Positions 35,062 through 44,699 of a DNA stretch of 64,000 nt are shown here, piece after piece (the first letter of the stretch is position 1; every line of letters starts with the position of its first letter). The stretch is taken from the NCBI GenBank assembly GCA_964388775.1, contig CAYMBW010000001.1:71317-135316 (forward strand), in the 5' to 3' direction. The DNA comes from an uncultured Candidatus Saccharibacteria bacterium (GTDB lineage Bacteria > Patescibacteriota > Minisyncoccia > Minisyncoccales > PEYH01). The notes under the pieces are model-generated. The model had not been told where the DNA came from, made no database searches, and saw only the letters and a program-made list of their open reading frames with translations. The position numbers and the translations under genes were made by a program.

Positions 35062-36384
35062 ATGGATTTAATGCAAAAAATCATATCTCTTTCAAAACGC
35101 CGGGGATTTATCTTCCCCTCTTCGGAAATTTACGGCGGATTCGGGTCCAGTTATGATTTTGGCCCCTTAGGAGTGTTGTTGAAAAACAACATCAAAAAAG
35201 CGTGGTTGGGTGAAATGCTCAAGAAACAAGATAATATTGTCGGACTTGACGCAGCCATTTTAATGTCGCCGAAAGTTTGGGAGGCCTCCGGTCACCTTAC
35301 GGCGGGATTCGCCGACGAATTGGTGGAATGCCTGTCCTGCCACAAAAGATTTCGCGTAGATGAGATTAAAAAGGATAAATGTCCGGAATGCGGAGGAAAG
35401 CTTACAAAGCCGAAGCAATTTAATTTAATGATGAAAACATTTGTCGGTTCTCTTGAAGATGAAAGCGCGATTGCTTATCTGCGCGCCGAAACCTGTCAGG
35501 GAATCTACATTAATTTCAAAAATGTTCTAAATTCCGGACGGCTGAAACTGCCGTTCGGCATCGCCCAAATCGGAAAATCGTTTCGCAACGAAATTACTAC
35601 CAAGAATTTTATTTTCCGGATGAGAGAATTTGAGCAAATGGAGATGCAGTGGTTCTGCCATCCCAAGGAGGCGGATAAATGGTTTGAGTATTGGAAAGAG
35701 CAACGGCTTAATTGGTATTTTGATTTAGGTGTAAAAAAGGAAAACTTAAAATTATTGGAAGTTCCCGAGGGCAAAAGAGCGCACTATGCCAAAAGACAAA
35801 TTGATTTGGAATATAATTTTCCATTCGGCTGGCAGGAGATTGAAGGTATCCATAACCGCGGGGATTGGGATTTATCCCAGCACCAGAAACATAGTGGTCA
35901 GGATTTGAGCTATAAAGACCCGGTAACAGGAGAAGAATATATTCCTCACATAATTGAAACATCGGCGGGAGTTGAAAGGAGCTTTCTGGCATTTTTCACG
36001 GAAGCGTATCAGGAAATTTCAGGGGGAAGGACAGAGACCACGGAAGCAACCAAAGAAGAAGAAATATTGCTGAAGCTTGATAAAAAATTAGCTCCGATTA
36101 AAGTGGCGGTTTTGCCTTTAGTTAAAAACAAGCCGGATATCTCCAAGAAAGCCAAAGAGGTTTATCAGCTTATTAAGCCCCGTTTTATGGCGCGATATGA
36201 TGAATCCGGTTCTATCGGCAGACGATATCGCCGGCAGGATGAAATAGGCACGCTTTACTGCGTCACTATTGATTTTGATACCTTAGACGATAATGATGTC
36301 ACTGTCAGAGACAAAGACACAATGAAGCAAAAAAGAGTGAGAATAGAAAAACTTTTAGATTACCTCGCCGAAAAATTAAATTGA
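35062..36384 (+). CDS. glyQS: glycyl-tRNA synthetase (class II, dimeric archaeal/eukaryotic type)
   Basis: FIFPSSEIYGGFGSSYDFGPLG N-terminus, zinc ribbon CLSCHKRFR...CPECGG, class II motifs. Confidence 0.9.
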   Translation: MDLMQKIISLSKRRGFIFPSSEIYGGFGSSYDFGPLGVLLKNNIKKAWLGEMLKKQDNIVGLDAAILMSPKVWEASGHLTAGFADELVECLSCHKRFRVDEIKKDKCPECGGKLTKPKQFNLMMKTFVGSLEDESAIAYLRAETCQGIYINFKNVLNSGRLKLPFGIAQIGKSFRNEITTKNFIFRMREFEQMEMQWFCHPKEADKWFEYWKEQRLNWYFDLGVKKENLKLLEVPEGKRAHYAKRQIDLEYNFPFGWQEIEGIHNRGDWDLSQHQKHSGQDLSYKDPVTGEEYIPHIIETSAGVERSFLAFFTEAYQEISGGRTETTEATKEEEILLKLDKKLAPIKVAVLPLVKNKPDISKKAKEVYQLIKPRFMARYDESGSIGRRYRRQDEIGTLYCVTIDFDTLDDNDVTVRDKDTMKQKRVRIEKLLDYLAEKLN

Positions 36385-36415
36385 ACCCACGGGCTTTGGA
36401 AAAATTAAGAGAAAA

Positions 36416-37675
36416 ATGATGGCGAACAAAGAAGACGATTTTGACGTGGCTGTTATTGGAGCCGGCCCGGCCGGAATGATTGCCGCAGGCAGGGCTGGAG
36501 AACTTGGCGCAAAAGTTATTTTATTGGAAAGAAACAAAAAACCGGGCAGAAAATTGATTTTAACCGGTAAAGGGAGATGTAATCTTACTAACGCTGAGTT
36601 TAATTTAAATAAGCTTGTTGAAAATTACGGCAAGAAAGGAAAATTTTTATTCCATTCTTTTTTTGTTTTCGGACCTAAAAATGTCATTAATTTGTTTGAA
36701 AAGCTCGGAGTAAAGACAAAGATTGAAAGAGGAAAAAGAGTTTTTCCGGAAAGCGACAAGGCGGGCGACATATTGATGGCATTGGTTAAATATTTATTGA
36801 AAGGGAGAGTAAAAATCGTTTACAATTCAGAAGTAGCCGGAATTGTTCGCCAGAAAAATAGGATTAAAAAATTAATACTAAAAGACAAGACCGTCATTGC
36901 CAAGAAATATATTTTTTGTACCGGCGGAAAATCATATCCTTTAACCGGCTCAACGGGCGACGGACTTAAGTGGGCAAAAATTTTAGGCCATAAAATCGAA
37001 GAATTATCCCCTGTCTTGGTCCCGATTAAAATAAAAGAAAGCTGGGTTTGGGACCTTCAAGGGTTGGGTCTAAAAAATGTGAAAGTGAGCGCTTGGCAGG
37101 ACGGTGAGAAGCAATGTAGCGGATTCGGGGAATGTCTTTTTACCCATTTCGGATTAAGCGGGCCGATTATTTTGGACATAAGTAAGAAAGTCGGGGAGTT
37201 ATTAAAAAACGGAAAAGTAAAAATAGCCATTGATTTAAAGCCGGCGTTGGACTTGGTAAAATTAGATGAGCGTATTAAAAGGGATTTTCAAAAATATCAA
37301 AATAAATCATTCAAAAATTCCTTAAATGATTTATTGCCTCGCAATTTAATAGGTATTGTCGTGAGAATGTCTAGAATAGACCCGGAGAAAAAAGCGAATA
37401 GCATAACTAAAGAAGAAAGGGCTCGTTTAGCAAAAATTTTAAAAAATTTGGAAATGACTGCGGAAGGATTGCTTGGGTTTGATTCAGCCATAGTCACCGA
37501 AGGAGGAATTTCCTTGAAAGAAATAGAGAGCCGGACAATGAAGTCAAAAATAATTGATAATCTGTATTTTGCCGGAGAAATCATTGATATAGATGGCCCG
37601 ACCGGTGGTTTTAATCTTCAGTTGTGCTGGAGCACCGGTTTCTTGGCCGGAGAAAACGCGGCAAAAGAAGAATAA
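36416..37675 (+). CDS. HI0933/YhiN-like FAD-dependent flavoprotein
   Basis: VAVIGAGPAGMIAAGRAGELGAKVILLERNKKPGRKLILTGKGRCNLTN. Confidence 0.75.
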   Translation: MMANKEDDFDVAVIGAGPAGMIAAGRAGELGAKVILLERNKKPGRKLILTGKGRCNLTNAEFNLNKLVENYGKKGKFLFHSFFVFGPKNVINLFEKLGVKTKIERGKRVFPESDKAGDILMALVKYLLKGRVKIVYNSEVAGIVRQKNRIKKLILKDKTVIAKKYIFCTGGKSYPLTGSTGDGLKWAKILGHKIEELSPVLVPIKIKESWVWDLQGLGLKNVKVSAWQDGEKQCSGFGECLFTHFGLSGPIILDISKKVGELLKNGKVKIAIDLKPALDLVKLDERIKRDFQKYQNKSFKNSLNDLLPRNLIGIVVRMSRIDPEKKANSITKEERARLAKILKNLEMTAEGLLGFDSAIVTEGGISLKEIESRTMKSKIIDNLYFAGEIIDIDGPTGGFNLQLCWSTGFLAGENAAKEE

Positions 37676-37687
37676 TGCGATTGATAT

Positions 37688-38218
37688 ATGGCGCTGGATA
37701 CAAGCATTTTCTATTTTTTAAACGGATTAGCAGGCAAATCGCATGTCTGCGATATTTTAATTATTTTTTCTGCCCAGTATTTCCAATACTTGTTGATTAT
37801 TGCGTTTTTCGTATTTCTTTTCTATTGTTTAAAGGACAAACGGGAGAAAATCCGCATTTTTCTGGCGATTGTTATTTCCATTATTGTGTCACGGGTTTGT
37901 GTTGCCGGAGTTATCCGGTTTTTTTATCATCGTCCCCGGCCGTTTATCTTTGATGATGTTCACCAATTAATATTTCCTAATGGCTATTCTTTTCCTTCGG
38001 GGCATTCGGCATTTTTTTTCGCAATGGCAACAGCGATTTATTTTTACAACAAAAAATTAGGCATAATTTTTTTTATCGCAGCGCTCTTTATGAATGTAAG
38101 CCGAGTTATTGCCGGGGTCCATTATCCTTCTGACATCATCGGAGGAATGATTATAGGCGCAATATCCGCCTTATTTGTGCATTTTCTCACGATGAAGAGA
38201 TATAATAAAAAAATTTAA
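37688..38218 (+). CDS. PAP2-family phosphatase (undecaprenyl-diphosphatase-like)
   Basis: PSGHS and SRVIAGVHYPSDIIGG motifs, TM helices. Confidence 0.8.
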   Translation: MALDTSIFYFLNGLAGKSHVCDILIIFSAQYFQYLLIIAFFVFLFYCLKDKREKIRIFLAIVISIIVSRVCVAGVIRFFYHRPRPFIFDDVHQLIFPNGYSFPSGHSAFFFAMATAIYFYNKKLGIIFFIAALFMNVSRVIAGVHYPSDIIGGMIIGAISALFVHFLTMKRYNKKI

Positions 38219-38270
38219 TAATTCATTTTATAAAAAAATTTATTTGCCGAATTGTTAATAACTTTTTCTA

Positions 38271-38300
38271 TTGACACGCATTGTGTGTAATCTATTATTA
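38271..38300 (+). promoter_or_regulatory. sigma70-like promoter (TTGACA, 16 nt, TATTAT) driving a short structured transcript
   Basis: Followed by hairpin CCTTACCGCCTTTC-gttg-GAAAGCGGTTTGGTAAGG (38330-38367), a 9-codon ORF and a terminator. Confidence 0.35.
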
Positions 38301-38414
38301 ATAATAGAAAGGGACATTAAGGGTTGGTCTCCTTACCGCCTTTCGTTGAAAGCGGTTTGGTAAGGCAAGGGATAATTTAGATTATTCTTTTTGCCCCAGA
38401 GAGCCGTTGGTCAA

Positions 38415-38444
38415 ATGCCAGCAAAGAAAAAGAAGAAGAAATAA
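38415..38444 (+). CDS. mini-ORF MPAKKKKKK (candidate leader peptide; speculative)
   Basis: ATG then 6 consecutive Lys codons, stop, and an intrinsic terminator 7 nt later. Confidence 0.2.
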   Translation: MPAKKKKKK

Positions 38445-38450
38445 AACAGA

Positions 38451-38477
38451 AGGCACCCTTGCGGTGCCTTTTGTTTT
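38451..38477 (+). terminator. rho-independent terminator
   Basis: AGGCACC-cttgc-GGTGCCT followed by TTTTGTTTT. Confidence 0.6.
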
Positions 38478-38507
38478 GGCTCGAATCCCATTTCTGGATA
38501 ACTCCAC

Positions 38508-38535
38508 TTGACAGTTTTTTTAGTTAGAATATAAT
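38508..38535 (+). promoter_or_regulatory. consensus sigma70 promoter (TTGACA, 16 nt, TATAAT)
   Basis: Both hexamers perfect; followed by a 15-bp 5' hairpin GAATGATTTTATGAG...CTCATAATCATTC (38552-38588). Confidence 0.45.
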
Positions 38536-38650
38536 TTTCTCAGAATGATTTTATGAGGTTGGTCTCTCATAATCATTCAGGTAAAATATGGACTTGATTG
38601 TATCAAGGAGCAGAAATATTCTTAAGATATTAGCAGGCCCATAAAAAATA

Positions 38651-38779
38651 ATGATTAACGACGAATTAATGTTTGATGACTGGGAGGAAGATGCGGAAGA
38701 AGAAAAGTCAGGAGAAGAAGATGTCGAGGGATTGTCTTCGGAGGGAGACGACGAAGATGAGGAGGGTGACGAAGAGTAA
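38651..38779 (+). CDS. 42-aa highly acidic small protein (MINDELMFDDWEEDAEEEKSGEEDVEGLSSEGDDEDEEGDEE)
   Basis: ATG...TAA with a consensus promoter upstream and a terminator immediately downstream; the tool's minus-strand Ser-rich ORF 38551-38796 is its antisense. Confidence 0.3.
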   Translation: MINDELMFDDWEEDAEEEKSGEEDVEGLSSEGDDEDEEGDEE

Positions 38780-38800
38780 AGGGTGAAGAAGAGCAAAAAA

Positions 38801-38835
38801 GAAGCGCCGATTAAGGCGCTTCCTTTTTGCTTTTT
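38801..38835 (+). terminator. rho-independent terminator
   Basis: GAAGCGCC-gattaa-GGCGCTTC followed by CTTTTTGCTTTTT. Confidence 0.65.
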
Positions 38836-38896
38836 AAACCTTGTTTAATGTGATATTGTAGAATAGAATAGAAGTCATTAATTGTTCTGATTATTT

Positions 38897-40165
38897 ATGT
38901 ATCAAAAAACTGTTTTAAAAAATGGGCTAAGAATTATCGCTGTGCCGGACAAGAGTACCCAAGCAGTGACGGTTTTACTTTTGGTGAAAATAGGAAGCAA
39001 ATATGAGATTAAAGGAACCAGCGGCATTTCCCATTTTTTGGAGCATATGCTTTTTAAGGGGACCAAAAAGCGTCCCACTTCCACCGATGTCGCAGAAGCG
39101 CTGGATAAGGTGGGGGGAAATTATAACGCTTTTACCGGCGAAGAATTCACCGGCTATTTTGCTAAAGTAGAGTCGTCCCACTTTGACTTGGCCCTGGACT
39201 GGGTGGCAGATATTTATTTAAATTCCCTTTTGCCCGAAAAAGAAATCAAAAAAGAGAAAGGAGTGATAGTGGAAGAAATCAATATGTACCACGATAATCC
39301 AATGGCGCATATCCAGAATTTATGGAAAAAATTACTTTATGGAGACCAGCCGGCTGGCTGGAGTGTGGCAGGCGAAAAATCAGGCGTAAAGAAGATTACC
39401 AAAGAACAACTATCGTCTTACCGAAAAAACCATTACACCGCCTCAAATTCTTTGGTCTGCATAGCCGGCAATTTTGATGGGGCAGAAGCAAAGAGAAAAG
39501 TAAGGGAATATTTTTCTAAATTGTCGAAAGGTAAAGTTCATCTTAAGCCAAAAGTTATTGAAAGCCAAAAAAAGCCGAATTCCTTGATTCATTTTAGAAA
39601 AATCGACCAAACGCATCTTTGTTTGGGGGTTCGGGCATACAATCTTTTCCATCCCCAAAGATATGCTTTAGAATTGTTAGCCGTAATATTAGGCGGAATG
39701 ATGAGTTCCCGCTTGTTTGTAGAAGTGCGCGAGAAATTAGGGCTTGCCTATTATGTTGTCACCTTGCCGGAAAGCGACTCGGACACTGGCTTTCTGTTAA
39801 CAAGGGCAGGAGTGGATAACAAAAATGTTGATAAAGCCATTAAGGCGATTTTAAGAGAATACAAGAAGATAAAAGAAGAGCTTGTTGGGCCGGCAGAACT
39901 CCAAAAAGCAAAGGATTATATTAAAGGCAAAATGGCTCTTTCTCTGGAAGTATCCGATGCCTTGGCTGCTTTTTACGGAGGCCAGGAACTTTTAGAAAAT
40001 AGGATTTTAAGCCAAAAACAAATTTTTAAAAAGATTGATAGCGTTAAATCAAAAGATATTTTAGAGGTGGCGCAGGATATTTTTCAACCGCAGAAATTAA
40101 ATCTTGTTTTACTTGGTCCGCTGAAAGACAAAAAAGCATTTGAAAACTTATTAAAAGAGTTTTAA
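38897..40165 (+). CDS. M16 family zinc peptidase (pitrilysin/insulinase-like)
   Basis: HFLEHMLFKGT (HxxEH) zinc motif; two M16 domains. Confidence 0.85.
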   Translation: MYQKTVLKNGLRIIAVPDKSTQAVTVLLLVKIGSKYEIKGTSGISHFLEHMLFKGTKKRPTSTDVAEALDKVGGNYNAFTGEEFTGYFAKVESSHFDLALDWVADIYLNSLLPEKEIKKEKGVIVEEINMYHDNPMAHIQNLWKKLLYGDQPAGWSVAGEKSGVKKITKEQLSSYRKNHYTASNSLVCIAGNFDGAEAKRKVREYFSKLSKGKVHLKPKVIESQKKPNSLIHFRKIDQTHLCLGVRAYNLFHPQRYALELLAVILGGMMSSRLFVEVREKLGLAYYVVTLPESDSDTGFLLTRAGVDNKNVDKAIKAILREYKKIKEELVGPAELQKAKDYIKGKMALSLEVSDALAAFYGGQELLENRILSQKQIFKKIDSVKSKDILEVAQDIFQPQKLNLVLLGPLKDKKAFENLLKEF

Positions 40166-40175
40166 TATTAATGTA

Positions 40176-41252
40176 ATGGATGAGGAACGGCCACTGAATT
40201 ATATTCCGGAAAATATCGGAAGAGGCAACGGCTCCCGTGTTTTAGATATTTCCTGGGCGACTATCCTAAAAATTATTTTTGCCTTAGGCGCGCTTTATTT
40301 TGTCTTTTTAGTAAGAGATATCCTTATTTGGTTTATTTTTGCGCTGGTAATTTCTATCCTGTTCAACCCAGCTATAAATTTTCTCCACAAGTTGCATATT
40401 CCAAGAGTGATGGCGGCGATTTTGGTTTATTTAAGCATTTTTGTTTTTTTGGGAGTGTTTATGTATATCCTCGCTCCTTTGCTTTTTTCCGAATTACAGC
40501 AATTCAGTGTTAACTTGCCCACTTATTTTGACCAAGGAGCTCCATATTTCAGCGGTCTAAAAATAGAGGCCTTGCAAAATTTTCAATCATTTACCGAAGC
40601 ATTGAGCAAAGGGCTTTCTAATGCTTCATCTAATATATTCACTGCTATGTCAGCCATTTTCGGAGGCATTGCCTCTACAATAGCTATCTTTTCCATTGCT
40701 TTTTTCTTGTCGCTGGAAGAAGAAGGTTTGCTCAAAGCGATAATGCTTGTTTCCCCGCCTCGTTATAAAACAAAGATTCTGACCGTCTGGCAGAGAAGTC
40801 AGAAAAAAGTGGCTTCTTGGTTTGGGGTAAGGATTATTTGTTGTTTCTTCATAGGGCTGACAATAGGAATCGCCTGCTATGTTTTGGATATTAGATATGC
40901 CGCCTTTCTTGGACTTTTCGCCGGACTCTTTAATATAATTTTTACAATCGGTCCATTCTTAAGTGGAACCGCTATTACCTTGTTTATTTTGGCGATTGCC
41001 GGTTTGCCCAAAGCGATTATATTCCTTATTATATTTTTTGTCGCGCAGGAAATAGAAAGCTATGTCATTATGCCGGTTTTGACCAAAAGACTTTTACGGC
41101 TTTCACCTTCTCTTGTGTTAATATCTTTATTAATCGGCGCTAAACTCTGGGGGCTTCTGGGAGCGATTTTAGCCATTCCCTTGGTGGGGATGTTCTTTGA
41201 GTTTGCCCAAGGATTTCTTACAAAAAGAGAAGCTATAGAGCAAGAGCTGTAA
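40176..41252 (+). CDS. AI-2E family transporter (PerM/UPF0118)
   Basis: 8 TM helices and AI-2E-like topology. Confidence 0.65.
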   Translation: MDEERPLNYIPENIGRGNGSRVLDISWATILKIIFALGALYFVFLVRDILIWFIFALVISILFNPAINFLHKLHIPRVMAAILVYLSIFVFLGVFMYILAPLLFSELQQFSVNLPTYFDQGAPYFSGLKIEALQNFQSFTEALSKGLSNASSNIFTAMSAIFGGIASTIAIFSIAFFLSLEEEGLLKAIMLVSPPRYKTKILTVWQRSQKKVASWFGVRIICCFFIGLTIGIACYVLDIRYAAFLGLFAGLFNIIFTIGPFLSGTAITLFILAIAGLPKAIIFLIIFFVAQEIESYVIMPVLTKRLLRLSPSLVLISLLIGAKLWGLLGAILAIPLVGMFFEFAQGFLTKREAIEQEL

Positions 41253-41262
41253 CAGAATTAGA

Positions 41263-41949
41263 ATGCCAGAATTTTTTGTCGTTGCTACTCCAATAGGAAA
41301 TCTTCAAGATATATCCTTCCGAGCCCTTGAAGCGCTGAAAAGGGCTGATTTCATTTTGTGCGAGGATACGAGAGTAAGCCAAAAATTGTTAAATCACTTC
41401 GGAATAAGCAAGCCATTGATAAGTTATCATCAGCATTCAAAATCGGCAAAAGTAGAATCAATTATAAGATTATTAAAGCAAGGCAAGAATGTTGCCCTTA
41501 TAACTGATGCCGGCACGCCGGGCATATCTGACCCGGGGAATAAGTTGATATGGGACATAACTCAAGAGCTGGGTGAGAGCGTAAATATTATTCCGATTCC
41601 CGGGCCATCTGCGCTCGCAACAATCGCCTCAGTGGCAGGCATCCCTATGGACAAGTTTTTGTTCTTAGGTTTCCCGCCTCAGAAAAAAGGAAGAAATAAA
41701 TTTTTCAAGGAAGTTATTGATTCTAAATATCCGGTAATTTTTTATGAGTCGCCCTATAGAATTATAAAATCCCTTAAACAACTTCAAGAATTAGACCTGG
41801 AAATTGAGGCAATAGTTGGCAGGGAATTGACTAAAAAATTTGAAACAATTTATCGCGGGAGAATTGACAAAGTGATAGAGTTAATAGAAAAAGACAAGAC
41901 AAAAGGCGAATTCGCCGTTATTGTCAAAAGAGATGGCAAAGAAAAATAA
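41263..41949 (+). CDS. rsmI: 16S rRNA (cytidine1402-2'-O)-methyltransferase
   Basis: FFVVATPIGNLQDISFRALEALKRADFILCEDTR (tetrapyrrole methylase fold). Confidence 0.85.
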   Translation: MPEFFVVATPIGNLQDISFRALEALKRADFILCEDTRVSQKLLNHFGISKPLISYHQHSKSAKVESIIRLLKQGKNVALITDAGTPGISDPGNKLIWDITQELGESVNIIPIPGPSALATIASVAGIPMDKFLFLGFPPQKKGRNKFFKEVIDSKYPVIFYESPYRIIKSLKQLQELDLEIEAIVGRELTKKFETIYRGRIDKVIELIEKDKTKGEFAVIVKRDGKEK

Positions 41950-43396
41950 AAAATTCTATATCTCCACGGCCTTGCCTTATGTCAATTCCATTCCCCATAT
42001 CGGCTTTGCTTTGGAAATCATATATGCAGATGTCTTGGCCCGTTATCATCGCAGTTTAGGCGAGGATGTCTTCTTTTTGACCGGCACTGACGAAAATGGG
42101 TTGAAAATTGCTCGGGCAGCGGAAGAATCAGGAGTTCCGGTGAAAGAATTTGCCAGGAAGAATGCCGAGGCCTTCCGCGAACTCAAAGAAATCCTTAACT
42201 TGTCTTTTGATGATTTTATAAGAACCACCGAAGAAAGGCATATTAAAGCGGTTTATAAATTATGGCAGACGTGTAAGCAAGATATCTATAAAAAGAAGTA
42301 TCAAGGCCTTTATTGTGTCGGATGCGAACGATTCTATAAAGAAGAAGATTTGGCCGATGGACTGTGTCCGGAACACAAAACAAAACCGGAATTTATAGAA
42401 GAAGAAAATTATTTTTTTAAGCTTTCTAAATACGAAGAACAGCTCAAAGAATTGATAGAAGAAGATATTTTGAAAATTGTCCCGCAAACCCGCAAAAACG
42501 AAGTTTTAAGTTTTATTAACAAAGGGCTTGAGGATATTTGTATTTCTCGTTCGTCTAAGAGAGCGAGGAATTGGGGCATACCGGTGCCGGGCGACGAGAG
42601 CCAATTTTGCTGGTGCTGGTTTGATGCGGTGATAAACTATATCAGTGCTTTGGGATATGGGGTTGATGATAAAAATTTTCAGCAATGGTGGCAGGCAAAT
42701 AATAATAATAAAATTCATGTTATTGGCAAGGGAATTTTAAATTTCCATGCCCTTTACTGGCCCGCAGCCCTTCTGTCCGCTGGATTATCCCTGCCTAATA
42801 TTTTGTTTGTTCACGGTTATGTCACCGTGGGAGGGCAGAAAATGTCTAAAAGTTTGGGGAACATTGTTAGCCCCAAAGAATTAGCCGGGAAATACGGGAT
42901 TGACGCGGTGCGATACTTTTTTTTAAGAGAGGCATCTCCTTTTGATGACAGCGATTTTACCATTGAGAAATTTGAAGAGAGATATAATGCGGATTTGGCG
43001 AAGGGGCTGGGGAATCTCGTTGCGAGGGTAGTAACCCTCGCAAGTAAGTCCAAAGTCCAAAGTCCAAAGTCCAAAGTAAAAATTACAATTCAAAACCCAA
43101 AACCAAAAGAAGAAATAGCCAAAACTCAAGAGAATTATAAAAGGGCATTAGAGGAATTTAAATTTAATGAAGCGTTGCGAACAATCTGGGGGCTAATAGG
43201 ATTTTGCGATAGATATATTGAGCAGGAGCGGCCTTGGGAGGGCACGGAAAACAAATCATTAATTATTAATGATTTGTTGTTGGCAATTGAAGAAGTCGCC
43301 AAATTACTTGAACCATTCTTGCCAGAGACCTCGCAAAAAATAACGGCCCAACTCCAATCCTTAGAATCTGTTCCTCTCTTTCCCCGTTTGGCCTGA
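41921..43396 (+). CDS. metG: methionyl-tRNA synthetase (short form) with 7-nt-repeat insert
   Basis: YVNSIPHIGF (HIGH-like), KMSKSLGN, zinc knuckle CVGCERF...CPEH; SKSKVQSPKSKVKI encoded by GTCCAAA repeats at 43048-43075. Confidence 0.9.
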   Translation: MSKEMAKKNKKFYISTALPYVNSIPHIGFALEIIYADVLARYHRSLGEDVFFLTGTDENGLKIARAAEESGVPVKEFARKNAEAFRELKEILNLSFDDFIRTTEERHIKAVYKLWQTCKQDIYKKKYQGLYCVGCERFYKEEDLADGLCPEHKTKPEFIEEENYFFKLSKYEEQLKELIEEDILKIVPQTRKNEVLSFINKGLEDICISRSSKRARNWGIPVPGDESQFCWCWFDAVINYISALGYGVDDKNFQQWWQANNNNKIHVIGKGILNFHALYWPAALLSAGLSLPNILFVHGYVTVGGQKMSKSLGNIVSPKELAGKYGIDAVRYFFLREASPFDDSDFTIEKFEERYNADLAKGLGNLVARVVTLASKSKVQSPKSKVKITIQNPKPKEEIAKTQENYKRALEEFKFNEALRTIWGLIGFCDRYIEQERPWEGTENKSLIINDLLLAIEEVAKLLEPFLPETSQKITAQLQSLESVPLFPRLA

Positions 43397-43432
43397 TTTT
43401 TAATTTCAATATGTTATTTTTCGTTTTTCATT

Positions 43433-44311
43433 ATGTTCATAGACACCCACGCCCATCTTAATTTCCCTGCTTTTGTGAAAGACAGGGATAAGCTCATAAA
43501 AGAGTGCCTTAAAAAAGATATTTGGCTTATAAATGTTGGCACTAATCTTTTTACTTCCAAAAAAGCAGTTGAAATTGCCCAGCGTTATGGTGAGGGAGTT
43601 TACGCTTCAATTGGTCTGCATCCGCTTAATCTTGACACCGGTTTTGTCAAAATAAAAATTGACAAGGATGAAGTAGACAAGGAAGAAAGTCCGTTTGAAT
43701 CAGAATTTGATTATGAGACCTATCAAAAACTCGCTTTTGACAAAAAAGTAGTGGCAATAGGGGAAATCGGGCTGGATTATTATTGGAAACCGAAAACCAA
43801 AATAAAATTGGAGAAATTTAAAGAGGCCCAGAATATTTTATTCCGTCAACAGTTAAGATTGGCGAAAGAATTGGATTTACCGATTATCATCCACTGCCGA
43901 ATGGCTCATGATGATTTAATAAGAATTTTGAAAGAGCAATCCTTAATTTATGATTCCAATTTCAAGGGAGTAATTCATTGTTTCACCGGCAACTGGGAAC
44001 AGGCAAGGGCCTATATGGCAATGGGATTTCATATCGGGTTCAATGGTATAATTTTTAAATTTGATCAAGACGATATTATTAAGAAAATGCCTTTAGAAAA
44101 AATGTTAATTGAGACAGATTGTCCCTATTTGTTACCGCCAAAATATAAGAAAAAAATCAATGACCCGATGGGCGTGGAATATGTGGCTAAGGAAATCGCT
44201 AAAATCAGAAACATTTCTCTTAAAGAGGTTGCTGACCAAACCACCCAAAACGCCCAAAAATTGTTCATTGGCATTAGTAAGCTGGTTGACAAAAGTGGCA
44301 AAAAAGTTTAA
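43433..44311 (+). CDS. tatD: TatD family metal-dependent hydrolase
   Basis: MFIDTHAHLNF..., conserved His/Glu/Asp pattern. Confidence 0.85.
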   Translation: MFIDTHAHLNFPAFVKDRDKLIKECLKKDIWLINVGTNLFTSKKAVEIAQRYGEGVYASIGLHPLNLDTGFVKIKIDKDEVDKEESPFESEFDYETYQKLAFDKKVVAIGEIGLDYYWKPKTKIKLEKFKEAQNILFRQQLRLAKELDLPIIIHCRMAHDDLIRILKEQSLIYDSNFKGVIHCFTGNWEQARAYMAMGFHIGFNGIIFKFDQDDIIKKMPLEKMLIETDCPYLLPPKYKKKINDPMGVEYVAKEIAKIRNISLKEVADQTTQNAQKLFIGISKLVDKSGKKV

Positions 44312-44336
44312 AATAAAACCAATTCAGAGATTCAAG

Positions 44337-44462
44337 GAGGAAAGACATGAAATGGAATCCAATTTCCCCAATAAAGAGGGACCTGAAGAAAGATTTAACA
44401 GTTCTTTTCAATTGGCTTATTGGTTTAGCCAAAAGACATAAGAACAGACCCCGCTCTTATTG
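44337..44462 (+). CDS. 41-aa small hypothetical protein
   Basis: Strong SD AAGGAGG 7 nt upstream of the ATG; followed by a terminator; below the ORF-track cutoff. Confidence 0.3.
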
Positions 44463-44487
44463 GGATGTTTAGTATGAGGAGATTATA

Positions 44488-44512
44488 ACCGAGCCTAGCT
44501 CGGTTTTTTTTA
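44488..44512 (+). terminator. rho-independent terminator
   Basis: ACCGAGC-cta-GCTCGGT followed by TTTTTTTT. Confidence 0.7.
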
Positions 44513-44541
44513 TTGAAAAATTTGGGGATTCTGGATAGAAT
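44513..44541 (+). promoter_or_regulatory. promoter copy 1 (TTGAAA, 17 nt, TAGAAT); duplicate of the leuS promoter
   Basis: 40-nt direct repeat with 45469-45508 (TTATTGAAAAATTTGGGGATTYTG..TAGAAT). Confidence 0.5.
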
Positions 44542-44598
44542 AGAATTAGTGTTTTTTTATTTTAACTGTTTTATCACTTTTTCCATTCCGTTATCCAT

Positions 44599-44620
44599 TT
44601 CGTTACCGAGTAACGAAACG
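44599..44620 (+). repeat. REP-like palindrome TTCGTTACCGAGTAACGAAA (copy 1)
   Basis: Second direct copy at 44640-44660; inverted copy at 45413-45431 on the far side of the transposase gene. Confidence 0.7.
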
Positions 44621-44639
44621 ATATTACAGATATTAGATA

Positions 44640-44660
44640 TTCGTTACCGAGTAACGAAAT
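44640..44660 (+). repeat. REP-like palindrome (copy 2)
   Basis: TCGTTACCGAGTAACGAAAT. Confidence 0.7.
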
Positions 44661-44699
44661 ATGTAACGAAATATAACGAAATGGAATGAAATATATTAT

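Noticed and set aside
38551-38796. 81-aa Ser-rich minus-strand ORF
   Set aside because: It is the antisense of a Glu/Asp-rich plus-strand ORF that has a consensus promoter and a terminator. Serine runs are what the antisense of GAA/GAG/GAC-rich sequence produces.
44109-44441. 110-aa plus-strand ORF overlapping the tatD 3' end
   Set aside because: It is an alternative frame of tatD. The downstream portion is better explained by the 41-aa ORF at 44337 with a strong SD.
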